From the NCBI GenBank assembly GCA_963695555.1, contig CAVOGR010000002.1, positions 1-64,000 on the forward strand: a stretch of DNA of 64,000 bases, given 5' to 3'. Position 1 is the first letter of the stretch, and the number at the start of each line of letters is the position of its first letter. This document shows, one piece after another, positions 36,565 to 46,494 of this stretch. The notes below the pieces were generated by a model. The model saw nothing but the letters and a program-made list of their open reading frames with translations. It had not been told where the DNA came from and made no database searches. This DNA is from an uncultured Gemmatimonadales bacterium. Its GTDB lineage: Bacteria; Gemmatimonadota; Gemmatimonadetes; Gemmatimonadales; GWC2-71-9. The position numbers were made by a program, and so were the translations under genes.

Positions 36565-39371
36565 GTGGGACACTCCCGAGCAAGCTCCGCCGCATGGTCG
36601 CGGAGCGGCGCCACCTGGGGCTCCGGGTTGGTCCAGATCTCGAGTAGGCGCCGCACCATTTGGCAGGCCCGCTCCCCGTTTCCCAGTTGACGCAGCACCC
36701 GGCTCCGGTCGAGCCGCGCGTAGGTGCCGACCGCCCAGTCGATTTCGGCCGCTTGCGCCTCACCCGCGAGCCATCCGGCGAAGTCCGAGTTTTCGTACCA
36801 GAGCCACTCCTTTTCCGCCTCCTCGAGTCGACCGACCTGTTCGTACCAGAGGGCACGATGGCGATGGAGCACGGCGCGGGCGAACGGATCGGCCATTCGG
36901 TCGGCGGAATCGGAGGCGAACAGTGGTTGCGACAATTCCAGAGCACCCGCGTGATCTCCCGTCAACGCGTGACGCATGGCTTCCAGGAAGGTGACCAGTC
37001 GCAGTGATGCCGCGTTCCGACCAGCATGCTGTCCGGCTCGGGCGTGCCAGGCGCCGAGCCTCGCCGCATCGTTCCTGGTGTATGCGTCGATTCCCAGTGC
37101 CCATGCCGCCCGGACGCCGCGATGCCCATCCAAGGCCAGCGCTTCCAGTACTTGGCGACCTTTGACCGCCTCCACTTCAGGTAGGGTGCCGGCGCCGAGC
37201 GCCAGCAGCAGCACGCGCCACTCATGAGCTTGGAGGCGGGCCTCGTCGGTGGGCGACAGGCTGAGCGCGGAATCGAGATGCGCGAGGCCGGCGCCAGGAC
37301 GTCCCAGGGCGATCGACGCCAGCCCCTGGCCGGTATGACCACTGGCGTGTTGAAGCGGCGGGGCACCGGGAACATCGGCCAACCACTTCCCGAGCTGGAG
37401 TTGGGCGTTCGGGATATCGAACGACAGTCCCATGCGCACGACCCGTGATACATCGGCAACGAAACTCGTTTCAGAATTTGCCAGGAGCGTTGGCTCCAGG
37501 GCCGCTGCCGAGTCGGGAGCAAAGCGGTAGAGATAGGCGAGCCCCAGCTGTCGCCCGACGTCGAGCTCTCCGCCCGGCTGCGTGCCGATCGAGTCACGTT
37601 GCGCCACGACCCGCGCGGCTTCGTCCCGGCGGCCGAGGCGGATGTACGCCCATGCAACCTGATTGAGCACCGGCCCGAAGCGCGGATTCAATGCTCGCGC
37701 CGCTTCCATCGTGTTGAGGGCGTGTTCCAGCTGCAATCCCGAGAGCGGGCCGCGATGAAACAGCTCGTTCCCGTACACGAACTTGGCGTAGAAGTCGTGC
37801 GGATAGAGCGAGTCGGCCCGGGCGTAGATTGCCCTCCGTCGCGCCAGATCGGGCTCCAACTGGGCCGTGATCAGGAGCGTGTCCAGGGGGCCAAAGTCGG
37901 CTTTGTGCGCCGTGTACACCTGGGCCAAGTCGATGTCGGTTGGGATCCGCTGCCACCGCCGCGTGTCGGCCAGGCGCCAGGCGGCCTGGGCGAAGGTCGA
38001 ATCGATGGCCAGCGCTGCCTCGAAGTGATTCCCTGCCACCGCCCACGCATCGCGTCCGAAGGCAATCTGCCCATTGAGGAATTGGCTGATGGCCCGGAAG
38101 TCCTTGGTCGCAAGGCTCGGGATCTCACGATACAACGACACCCAGAGAGGAAAGACCCGCCGCACCAGGTCCAATCCAATCGAGTCCGGGAGCACAGCCC
38201 ACGCGGTTTCCTTGGCGCGGTGCGGCGGCAGCATGGTGCGATTGCCGTCGACATCGAGGACGTACATCTCGACCACCAGCTCGTCGCCCTGGCGGATGAG
38301 TTGCCCTTCGGTTCGGTTGCGTGCCCGGGTCGAGTCACGCTGGGCCAACTCGATTTGCGGCAGGCCCCGGAGCTTGAAGTGGAGCGCCTCAGCGAACTCC
38401 AGCCCAAGGTTCGGGTCGACGCCTCCAGCAACGGCCAGCGGTGGAATCGCGAGATCCGGCAACGCGGCGGCCGGAGCGCCACCACAGCGCGGCCACCATT
38501 GGAATAGCCGGCAGAGTGGCGCCGGAGGAACCAACAGGAGCAACGCGGCGACCGCGATCAGGGCCAGCACTCCGGCGGGCCGAAGGATCGAGCGGTGCCG
38601 GATCCGGTCGAGCGCCTTCCGGAATTCAATCGCGTCGGCCCAGCGGCTATCGGGTGACCGCGCGAGCGCGCGTTTGAGCAACGTGGCGACGCGGAGCGGA
38701 ACGCCTCGCCAATCGGCATCGGCCGCGGGGACGTCTCGATTCCATCGCCGGCCGGAGCAGGCCTCGTAGAGCACCATGCCCAGCGAGTAGAGATCGCTCC
38801 GGGGCGACACCTCGCCGGTCGATTGTTCCGGCGCCATGTAGGCCGGGGTGCCCACAAAATGACCCGCTTTGGTCAGCGTGGTATCGCTCGACGTGCGGGC
38901 GATGCCGAAATCGCCGAGCAAGGCGCGGTCCTTCATCAGGAAGATGTTGGCGGGCTTGACGTCGCGGTGCACCGTGCCGAGTTGATGGACCGCCTCGAGC
39001 GCACTCAGGAGCTGGACACCGAGCGACGCGACATCGGGAACCGACAACGGACCGCGCTCGAGCCTCGCGGCGAGCGACTCGCCCTCGATCAGGTCCATCA
39101 CGTAATAGTGGAGACCCGCCACTACGCCGGCTTGATGGATGGCGATGATATTGGGGTGGCTCAGGGTGGCGAGGAGCCGGGCCTCGCGGAGAAACCGTTC
39201 CGCGGCCACGGCGGTCGCCATCTCCGGCCGCAGGACCTTGATGGCCACCCGGCGGTCGAGGGTGGGATCATGGGCGACAAATACGATCCCCATTCCCCCG
39301 GATGCGAGTTCGCTTTCGACCTCGTAGTGGGGTCGGAGCGCCACGCGCACCCGTTCCAGCAGCAGGCTCAT
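36561..39371 (-). CDS. Ser/Thr protein kinase with TM and TPR-like C-terminal region
   Basis: ASGGMGIV, VAIK, HRDVKPANI, DFGIAR, GTPAYMAPE. Confidence 0.93.
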   Translation of the reverse strand: MSLLLERVRVALRPHYEVESELASGGMGIVFVAHDPTLDRRVAIKVLRPEMATAVAAERFLREARLLATLSHPNIIAIHQAGVVAGLHYYVMDLIEGESLAARLERGPLSVPDVASLGVQLLSALEAVHQLGTVHRDVKPANIFLMKDRALLGDFGIARTSSDTTLTKAGHFVGTPAYMAPEQSTGEVSPRSDLYSLGMVLYEACSGRRWNRDVPAADADWRGVPLRVATLLKRALARSPDSRWADAIEFRKALDRIRHRSILRPAGVLALIAVAALLLLVPPAPLCRLFQWWPRCGGAPAAALPDLAIPPLAVAGGVDPNLGLEFAEALHFKLRGLPQIELAQRDSTRARNRTEGQLIRQGDELVVEMYVLDVDGNRTMLPPHRAKETAWAVLPDSIGLDLVRRVFPLWVSLYREIPSLATKDFRAISQFLNGQIAFGRDAWAVAGNHFEAALAIDSTFAQAAWRLADTRRWQRIPTDIDLAQVYTAHKADFGPLDTLLITAQLEPDLARRRAIYARADSLYPHDFYAKFVYGNELFHRGPLSGLQLEHALNTMEAARALNPRFGPVLNQVAWAYIRLGRRDEAARVVAQRDSIGTQPGGELDVGRQLGLAYLYRFAPDSAAALEPTLLANSETSFVADVSRVVRMGLSFDIPNAQLQLGKWLADVPGAPPLQHASGHTGQGLASIALGRPGAGLAHLDSALSLSPTDEARLQAHEWRVLLLALGAGTLPEVEAVKGRQVLEALALDGHRGVRAAWALGIDAYTRNDAARLGAWHARAGQHAGRNAASLRLVTFLEAMRHALTGDHAGALELSQPLFASDSADRMADPFARAVLHRHRALWYEQVGRLEEAEKEWLWYENSDFAGWLAGEAQAAEIDWAVGTYARLDRSRVLRQLGNGERACQMVRRLLEIWTNPEPQVAPLRDHAAELARECPT

Positions 39372-39388
39372 TTTTGCGCCTCGCTGGA

Positions 39389-39428
39389 ATGGTGCGGCTT
39401 CCCGGGAAGAAGGTCAAGCGGGAATCAG
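39389..39428 (-). promoter_or_regulatory. sigma70-like promoter of kinase-SARP operon with degenerate repeat
   Basis: - strand CTGATTC-ccgc-TTGACC-N17-CACCAT. Confidence 0.45.
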
Positions 39429-39483
39429 CGGTTCGGCGGTTCGGCGGTTCGGCGGTTCGGCGGTTCGGCGGTTCGGCGGTTCG
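39428..39483. repeat. (GCGGTTCG)7 octamer array
   Basis: Seven perfect tandem copies. Confidence 0.95.
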
Positions 39484-39517
39484 AAGGTCGCTCACTGCAA
39501 CGTCACGCGCCACATGC

Positions 39518-39636
39518 TGTCATCCCGAGCGCAGCGAGGGATCTCCTCGGCTGCTACACGAACGCGGCCTTGGTCCGCGACTCTCCGGGCATGCGTTCAT
39601 GAGATCCCTCGGGCGCTTCGCACCCTCGGGATGACA
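39518..39636. repeat. REP-like palindromic element copy C
   Basis: Same arms as copy A. Confidence 0.85.
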
Positions 39637-39706
39637 ATCCGGAGGTTATCAGCCTCCTCACTCCTCCACTCACCACTCCTTACTCCTTACTCCTCACTCC
39701 TATCCC

Positions 39707-39738
39707 TTGACCCCCCCTTGACCCCCGCCGGCCACCGT
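39707..39738 (+). promoter_or_regulatory. SARP-type promoter box
   Basis: + strand: TTGACCC-cccc-TTGACCC-N8-CACCGT. Confidence 0.7.
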
Positions 39739-39768
39739 TCCCTTGGAACCTGAACCGGGGGAACCACC

Positions 39769-40137
39769 ATGCGTGCCAAACAAATCCTGTCCCTGATCGT
39801 GATGGCCTCGTATCTGGCCGGCTGCACCACCTGGCGGGTTCAGCCCGTCACGCCGAAGCAGCTGGTAGAGACCAAGCGGCCCGCCAAGGTGCGGGTGCTC
39901 ACCACCCAGGATCAGCAGCTGGTGTTCCATCAGCCATTCGTCCGCGACGATTCCCTCATGGGATACGTCGAGGGCGAGGCGACCCGAATCCCGCTCGACC
40001 AGATCGTGCGGGTGGAAAAGCGGCAAACCGACGGGACCAAGACCGCCCTGGTCGGCCTGTGGATTGCGGCACTTGTTGTGGGGGGTGTGATCGTGGTCCA
40101 CAACTCCGACTATATGGGCGGCAGTGCTACCTGGTGA
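39769..40137 (+). CDS. Small lipoprotein with C-terminal TM
   Basis: YLAGC lipobox; IPLDQIVRVE; TM helix. Confidence 0.75.
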   Translation: MRAKQILSLIVMASYLAGCTTWRVQPVTPKQLVETKRPAKVRVLTTQDQQLVFHQPFVRDDSLMGYVEGEATRIPLDQIVRVEKRQTDGTKTALVGLWIAALVVGGVIVVHNSDYMGGSATW

Positions 40138-40383
40138 AACCAGGGTCAATAGGCACTCGCGTACGGAGGCCGGAGGGATTGTTCCATAACGCGTGGAACC
40201 GGCAGTTGCTCAATCTGCCCGCAGCTCCGGAGGCCCGGCCGGGCAACTGGCCGTCAGTGATATCGCAGGCGGCATGAGCTGGGGAGTGAGGAGTAAATAG
40301 TAAGGAGTAAGGAGTAAGTAAGGAAAGCCAGAAATGACTCCCGACTCCCTACTCCCCACTCCCTACTCCCTACTCCTCACTCC

Positions 40384-41176
40384 TCACTCCGTCGGCGCCA
40401 CCTCGTCCACATACGACCGATCCACGTAGCCCTCGGTCCGGCCATCGACGATGACGCGGTACCATCCGTCCGCCAGCGAGTCGACCAGCACCCGCTCGCC
40501 GGGGCGGAGGGTACGTACGGTAGCCGCAATACCGCTCCGTCCTTCACGCAGGTTGACCCAGGTCCTGGCATACCGTTCGAGTGGCGTGCCCGCGGGAAGT
40601 GCCGCGGCAGGTGGGGTGACCGAGGGGAGGCTGTCTCGCGCGGCAGCGGCGGGGAACGGCTCTGGCGTGGACGCGACGGCTGGTACGGCGTCACGCCGAA
40701 CCGGTGGCGGGGTTTCGGGAGTGGTGTCGATCGCTTGAACCCGGGGTTGGGTTACCGACCGCGATGGAGTGCTTGGTGCCGTATCGACCCGCCGGGCCGG
40801 CGGCGGCGCGGGCGGCTCGCGCGCGGGAGCCGTCTCGGGTGTCACAACCGCTTGCGTCTCTTGGGCCGGTGCCTGGGTCGCGCTCGCCGAATCGTCGGGG
40901 GTGGGACCGGGCTCGAGCCCCTCGCCACTGGCAGCCGCCGTTACTGGCGCAGTCGCGGCGCTCGAGCGGTCGCGACCCGGTAGGTGCAGTACGATCAGCG
41001 CGCCCACCGCAATCAGGGCGACCACGACCATCAGCACCCGCACCGGCGTGCCCAGCTCCGGGCCCGGAAATGGCCTGCCGACGAATGCCGGGCGTGAAGA
41101 TGAGCCCGCATGCAGGGCATCGGGACGCGGAGCTCTCGGCTCGCTGGCCACAGGACGGACAGTCGAGAAAGGCCAT
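40384..41176 (-). CDS. Zn-ribbon + TM + SH3b protein (frameshift near 41050-41080)
   Basis: MAFLDCPSCG...CPACG in one frame, TM and WVNLREGR...GWYRV..GYV in another; paralogue of 42140-42754. Confidence 0.75.
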
Positions 41177-41328
41177 GATGAGTCTGAATATCGATTCGCC
41201 GGTTGGCCTGGGGCAACGGGTGGGTTGCGGGAGGAGTTCAGACTACTGGTGAGGGCTATTGGCTATTGGCTGGCCCGCGCAGAGACTAATAGCGAATAGC
41301 CAATGACAAATAGCCTCTTCCCCTCCCT

Positions 41329-42018
41329 TCATGCCTTTCCCCCTCGTCCCAACCACCCTCTCACCTTGTGCTTTACCCCCTCGAACGGAATCCGATCGAT
41401 CGGGTCGGCGTCCTTCTCTTTGATCTTGATGTCGGCCACGAACGAATCGCCGTGGAACCAGATGTTGATCACCGGCGCCACGCTGCGTTTGGCTCGGCTC
41501 CGGCTGTGCTTGACCGAGCTCATCACACCATGAACTTCGTGTTCGATCTTGACGTCGAGCGGCACGGTGATCTTGATCTCGGCAATATAGGCTGAAATCT
41601 CGAGGTCCACGTCTTCAGTCAGGAATTTCGCCTCCCGGAAGTCCAGCTGCAGGCTCCCGAAGATTGCGAGGCATTTAATGGTCGGCGGAACGGTCCACGG
41701 CCCGGCCCGCTGCGCCGACCCGAACACGGCAGTGATCCGGAGCGGCTCGTCCGAGACGGCCAGGGCATCGGCCGATGTGTAGTCGGGATACGCCTCGAGT
41801 TCGTACTGCTCCCCGCGTGCCAGGACAGGCATGGGTTCGACGGGCGTGAGCCCCATCAAGTCGGCCACGATGGCCTCGATCATGGCGGCATTGGTGGCCT
41901 CTTGCACCAATCCAAACCGCGCCTCGAACGCCTCCACCGACAAGTCACCACGGGCCTGCGCCTGACACAAGAGCTCGATGGCCTGAGTGCGGGCGAGGGC
42001 GTGGGCGTTTGAGTGCAT
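41329..42018 (-). CDS. DUF1707 (SHOCT-like) + LiaF/DUF2154-like protein
   Basis: AIELL..A..RGDLS.E.FE.R; AVFGSAQRAGPW.VP, FGSLQLDFREA. Confidence 0.75.
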   Translation of the reverse strand: MHSNAHALARTQAIELLCQAQARGDLSVEAFEARFGLVQEATNAAMIEAIVADLMGLTPVEPMPVLARGEQYELEAYPDYTSADALAVSDEPLRITAVFGSAQRAGPWTVPPTIKCLAIFGSLQLDFREAKFLTEDVDLEISAYIAEIKITVPLDVKIEHEVHGVMSSVKHSRSRAKRSVAPVINIWFHGDSFVADIKIKEKDADPIDRIPFEGVKHKVRGWLGRGGKA

Positions 42019-42139
42019 AGGGAATCTGGAAGTTATGAGAAGCTATTGGCTATTGGCTATTGGACCTGTGCAAATCGAGCTAATAGCTAATAGCTAATAG
42101 CCAATAGCAATCAGTCCTTAGCCATCCCGCCTGGCAACC

Positions 42140-42754
42140 TCACGGCGCCCTCACCACCAGATTCGACCGGTGCGCATAGCCGACCGGTTCCCCGCCGATC
42201 GAGACGCGGTACCAGCCTTGGTCGAGCGAATCGACCAGCACGGCATCACCGGGCTCGAGCACCCGAACGGTGGGGGCGTCCCGACCGCGGTCCCGGCGCA
42301 CGTTGACCCAGGTACTGGCGTAGCGCCGCGACTGTTGGCCGGTGGGAGTGGCGGCGAGCGGCGGTAGAACCGGGGCCGGGGCCGCTACCGCCGGCGTGGT
42401 GTCGGCCACCGGACCCTGTGGCTGACTGTCTTGCCCGATCTGCCCGACGGCTGCCGTATCAGGGAGGGCGGTCTCGACCGGCTGCTGACGCTCGGTCGCA
42501 GGCGGCGGCGCGATCGCCACCCCCGACTCCACACCCGCGCTCGACGAGCCGCGCCAGCTCTGGAACGCCACCACCGCGGCGGCCAGGGCCACCAGGGCCA
42601 GGGCCACAACCAGCGCCGGCCGCACCATCCTGGCCCGGGGCGGCGGGATACTCAGCTTGAGCTGCTGCGGCGGGAACTGGTAACCGCAATGCGGGCATTG
42701 CGTCGCGATGCTCAGCATCGTCTTGCCGCATTCCGGGCAATCCATGTAGGCCAT
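42140..42754 (-). CDS. Zn-ribbon + TM + SH3b protein
   Basis: CPECG...CPHCG; TM; TWVNVRRDRG...GWYRV...GYAH. Confidence 0.8.
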   Translation of the reverse strand: MAYMDCPECGKTMLSIATQCPHCGYQFPPQQLKLSIPPPRARMVRPALVVALALVALAAAVVAFQSWRGSSSAGVESGVAIAPPPATERQQPVETALPDTAAVGQIGQDSQPQGPVADTTPAVAAPAPVLPPLAATPTGQQSRRYASTWVNVRRDRGRDAPTVRVLEPGDAVLVDSLDQGWYRVSIGGEPVGYAHRSNLVVRAP

Positions 42755-42949
42755 GATAGGTCGGAATATCGATTCGGCGGACGGCTCGGGGCAACAGGTG
42801 AGTTGCAGGGAAGGGATCGCTGAAGGGCTGCCTGCTATTAGCTATTGGCTACTTGAGGGAGTAGGGAGCAGGGAGTAGGGAGTCGGATTGCTCCTCACTC
42901 CTTACTCCTTACCCCCTACTGCCGAACTTCCCGCCTTCCCGTCTCTTTG

Positions 42950-44995
42950 TCAGGGCACCAACCGACATCCCTCCACTTTCTCGCCCTGCGCCCCGCAGAT
43001 CACCCCGCGCAGGAAGTCGAACTGGACCTGATAGTACTCCATCAGGTTCTCGAGACCCTTGATCCCGTGGCCTTGGCCCTCAAATTCGACGTAGGTGACC
43101 GGCTTATCCAATTCCACGGCCTTGTCGTTGAATTGGCGGCTCTCGCTCACCCCCACGCGGTTGTCGTTCGAGCCGTGGGTCAGGAGGAGCGGTGCCTGAA
43201 GTAAGTCGACGTGGGCGAGTGGCGAGCGATCGAGCAGTTTGTCACGCTCAGTCTTGGGGTCGCCCGCCTCGAGGATAATCCAGTCGGGAATATTGGTGGC
43301 GTCGTAGAACGTCACGATGCTCGAGAATCCGGCGTGACTCAGGCCAAAACCGAATGGGTACGACTCGCCCCGACCGTTGGTTTCCGGCGGGAAGGTGAGT
43401 GCCCGCATAGTGGCGTAGCCGCCGTGCGACCCGCCGGCGACCCCGATCTGATTCGGCGCTAGGCCCAACTTCCGCTCCAGAAACCGTGCGCCATAGAAGA
43501 GATCGATGATCTCGTCGCCGCCCAGGTCGCGGTCGTTGAGCGCCATGAACTCCTTGCCGAACCCCGAGTTGCCGCGCACCGCAGGCGACAGCCAGCTGAT
43601 CCCCGCCTCGCAGTAAATGTTCTGGCGGGTCGAGTAACTATTCCCTCCCCCGTAGAACGATGTGATCACCGCCAGACGCTCGGCTGGATTGGAGCGCGGT
43701 TGCTTCGGTGTCATGAGGTAGGAGTGCAGCTGGCGCGGGGCCCCGGTCTTGGGATCGATATCGAACGTGGGATACTCGATCCGCTCGACGTTGCACTGCT
43801 CGATCGCACGGGCGATGGGCTCCGGGAGCCGAATCTTGGGCTCGAGAGTCCAGACGGGTTTGCCCTTCTCGATCGCGATCCACATCTCCTCGGCGCGAAA
43901 CGGTGATGCCGCCGAGGCCAGCGAGATGATGAAGTGGTTCTTGTCATCGAAGCCGATGACGCCGATGTTGGCGTTGAACGTCTTCTGGCCCAGGACCTTG
44001 CCCGTCTCCGGATCGATCACCTGCATCACATTCTCGTGTGGCCGGTCGAGCGTCTGCAGGATGAGTTTCCGTCCATCGATGTCCAACAGCGTATGCCAGG
44101 CCTGTTCCTCGACCGTTGAGACCTGCCGTGACGATTGTTGGGCGAGATCATAGACATAGAGATTGGCGTAACCGGTTTCATCGGACACGTAGTAGAACCG
44201 GTCATTGTCGAGCCACCCCTTCTCGTAGGAACCCAGCGCATAGCGCTCGATTCCGTCAGGCAGCAGCATCTCGAGCTTGGGTTCCGAGGCCGTGAGGTCC
44301 AGATAGGCCAGGTTGCCCTGCTTTCGGTGGCCATTCCGGTTGAGCTTGAGGACCACGCCGCTTCCGTCAGGCCGGAAGTTGACACTGGTCCACACCATGC
44401 GGTACTCGGCGCCTTCTTCGCACAGTACCTCGCGATTGAGACCGCTGGCAGGATCGAGCAGGGTCAGGCAATTGCGATATGGCTCGGTCGTGCCGTAGCG
44501 CGCGATGTAACCGATGGTCTTCTTGCCCTTCGAGAAGCCCCAGCCGTAGATGTAGGGCACCCAGGTCAGCCGCTCGAGCGATCCGTCCGCGAGCGACATC
44601 CGGTAGAGGTTGATCACCTCGTCGTTCTTCTCGTCGCCCAGCAGGATCATGTTGCCGCGAAGTGAGTCGTAGCGGGTGCCCCAGAAATTCCGGGTGGACC
44701 AATCGATGTCGTGAAGCCGCCGACCCGCCTCCGGATTCACTTGGCCCGACCCGCGCCCCACCGTGAGCGGCTGGACCATGAGGAAGTTGCCCTCGGGGGT
44801 GGTGTGGAAGTAGAACAGCCGGCCGGCCTCGAAATCCGCGTCCCAGCCACTGTAAGGAAAACCTTGGAAATACGGCTCGAGGTTGATGGTCCGGCCCAAA
44901 AGACTCACAGTGTACTTGGCCGCGTCCTGGGCCGGGAGTTGCGTGGGCGAGAGAATCCAGCCGACGAAGGCAATGAGGATCAGTCGTTTCAACAT
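42950..44995 (-). CDS. S9 prolyl oligopeptidase family peptidase (secreted)
   Basis: RGNSGFG, GGSHGG, HGSNDNRV, GQGH; signal peptide. Confidence 0.9.
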   Translation of the reverse strand: MLKRLILIAFVGWILSPTQLPAQDAAKYTVSLLGRTINLEPYFQGFPYSGWDADFEAGRLFYFHTTPEGNFLMVQPLTVGRGSGQVNPEAGRRLHDIDWSTRNFWGTRYDSLRGNMILLGDEKNDEVINLYRMSLADGSLERLTWVPYIYGWGFSKGKKTIGYIARYGTTEPYRNCLTLLDPASGLNREVLCEEGAEYRMVWTSVNFRPDGSGVVLKLNRNGHRKQGNLAYLDLTASEPKLEMLLPDGIERYALGSYEKGWLDNDRFYYVSDETGYANLYVYDLAQQSSRQVSTVEEQAWHTLLDIDGRKLILQTLDRPHENVMQVIDPETGKVLGQKTFNANIGVIGFDDKNHFIISLASAASPFRAEEMWIAIEKGKPVWTLEPKIRLPEPIARAIEQCNVERIEYPTFDIDPKTGAPRQLHSYLMTPKQPRSNPAERLAVITSFYGGGNSYSTRQNIYCEAGISWLSPAVRGNSGFGKEFMALNDRDLGGDEIIDLFYGARFLERKLGLAPNQIGVAGGSHGGYATMRALTFPPETNGRGESYPFGFGLSHAGFSSIVTFYDATNIPDWIILEAGDPKTERDKLLDRSPLAHVDLLQAPLLLTHGSNDNRVGVSESRQFNDKAVELDKPVTYVEFEGQGHGIKGLENLMEYYQVQFDFLRGVICGAQGEKVEGCRLVP

Positions 44996-45211
44996 GGCGA
45001 GCACCTGGTTTTGGTGGCCCAAGACAGCGAGTATGGGAAACGCGAGCTCGACATCGAGCGCCGAGTCGACCTATTGTCTCCCATCGAGCATGAGAGTGTG
45101 ATGAAGGATCTCTGAAGCCTTATCTTGCCCCCCGCGCCCACAGAGTCTATCGATTAGGTGCGTCGGTGGAGGACAAGTACCAATGGAGACCCGAGGCATG
45201 CTGAGGCGTTC

Positions 45212-46486
45212 ATGACCCAATCCTCGACATCGGTGGCGATTGTGGGTGGCGGGCTGGCGGGGCTCTGTGCCGCACGCCGGCTCACGGACATGGGGGTGAC
45301 GTGCTCCATCATCGAGGCGAGCGACAGGGTTGGAGGCAGGGTGGCCACCGATACAGTCGACGGATTCCTGCTCGACCGGGGCTTCCAGGTGTTCCTGACC
45401 TCCTATCCAGAGGCCCGCCAGGTCCTGGATTACGAAGGACTCGAGCTGCACGAATTTCTCTCCGGCAGCCTGGTCCGTTGGAGCAGCCGGATGTACCCCG
45501 TGGCCGATCCCTGGCGGCAGCCGCTCGAAGGGATGAAATCGCTGTTCACACCCGTCATGCGGCTCGGCGACGCGACGAAGCTCGCCCGGCTTCGCCAGGA
45601 CGCGCTCGAGCGGAGCCGGGCAGGCGCCGCGGCCGAGCCGGACGAATCGACGCTGCGCTACCTCAGGCGCCTTGGCCTCTCGACGGAAGTGATCGAACGG
45701 TTCTTCCGGCCCTTCTTTAGCGGGGTATTCCTCGATCCGGAACTGGCGACATCGCGGTCGCTGTTCGACTTCGTGTTTGCCATGTTTGCGACCGGCCACG
45801 CGACGCTCCCCGCGGCTGGAATGGGTGCTATCCCAGAGCAACTTCATGCCGGCCTCCCGCCCGACACGGTTCGCACCGGCTCGCGGGTGCGCAGTGTGCG
45901 CCCGGGCATCGTGGAGTTGGCGTCGGGCGAGGAGATCCGAGCTGCGTCGATCATCCTCGCGACCGATGCCGCGCAGGCGGCGGCGCTCTCGCCCATTCGC
46001 CCGAGGGTGGCCTGGCACGGGTGTACCACGAGCTACTTTGCTGCCGACAAGGCCCCGCTCACCGACCCGATCTTAGTGCTGAACGGCGACGGCCCCGCGA
46101 GCGGGCCAGTAAACCATCTCGCCGTGCCGAGCAACGTCGCCGCGTCTTATGCACCGGCGGGAGCCGCGTTGATCTCGGCGACCATTCTGGGTGTGCCGGC
46201 TGCAGAGGACTTGAGTCTCGAAGAACAGGTGCGGCAGCAGCTGACCGGATGGTTCGGGCCTGCGGTCCGTTCCTGGCGGCATCTTCGAACCGACCGGATT
46301 GCACATGCGCTTCCCACGTACAGTCTGAGCCGGGCGCCCAACAATGGCGCCGCCGAACGGCTGGATGAGACCGTGTTTGCCTGCGGCGACTATCTAGAGA
46401 ATCCCTCGATCAACGGCGCCATGCTCTCAGGCCGCCGCGCCGCCGACCGGGTGCTCGCGACGCTCGGCGTGGCAGTCACGGATTAG
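45212..46486 (+). CDS. FAD-dependent oxidoreductase (amine oxidase family)
   Basis: IVGGGLAGL, EASDRVGGRV, LDRGFQV, CGDY...SINGAMLSG. Confidence 0.9.
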   Translation: MTQSSTSVAIVGGGLAGLCAARRLTDMGVTCSIIEASDRVGGRVATDTVDGFLLDRGFQVFLTSYPEARQVLDYEGLELHEFLSGSLVRWSSRMYPVADPWRQPLEGMKSLFTPVMRLGDATKLARLRQDALERSRAGAAAEPDESTLRYLRRLGLSTEVIERFFRPFFSGVFLDPELATSRSLFDFVFAMFATGHATLPAAGMGAIPEQLHAGLPPDTVRTGSRVRSVRPGIVELASGEEIRAASIILATDAAQAAALSPIRPRVAWHGCTTSYFAADKAPLTDPILVLNGDGPASGPVNHLAVPSNVAASYAPAGAALISATILGVPAAEDLSLEEQVRQQLTGWFGPAVRSWRHLRTDRIAHALPTYSLSRAPNNGAAERLDETVFACGDYLENPSINGAMLSGRRAADRVLATLGVAVTD

Positions 46487-46494
46487 CACTTTCC

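Noticed and set aside
39428..39700. Possible CRISPR array
   Set aside because: Units are 7-8 bp with no unique spacers, and there are no cas genes
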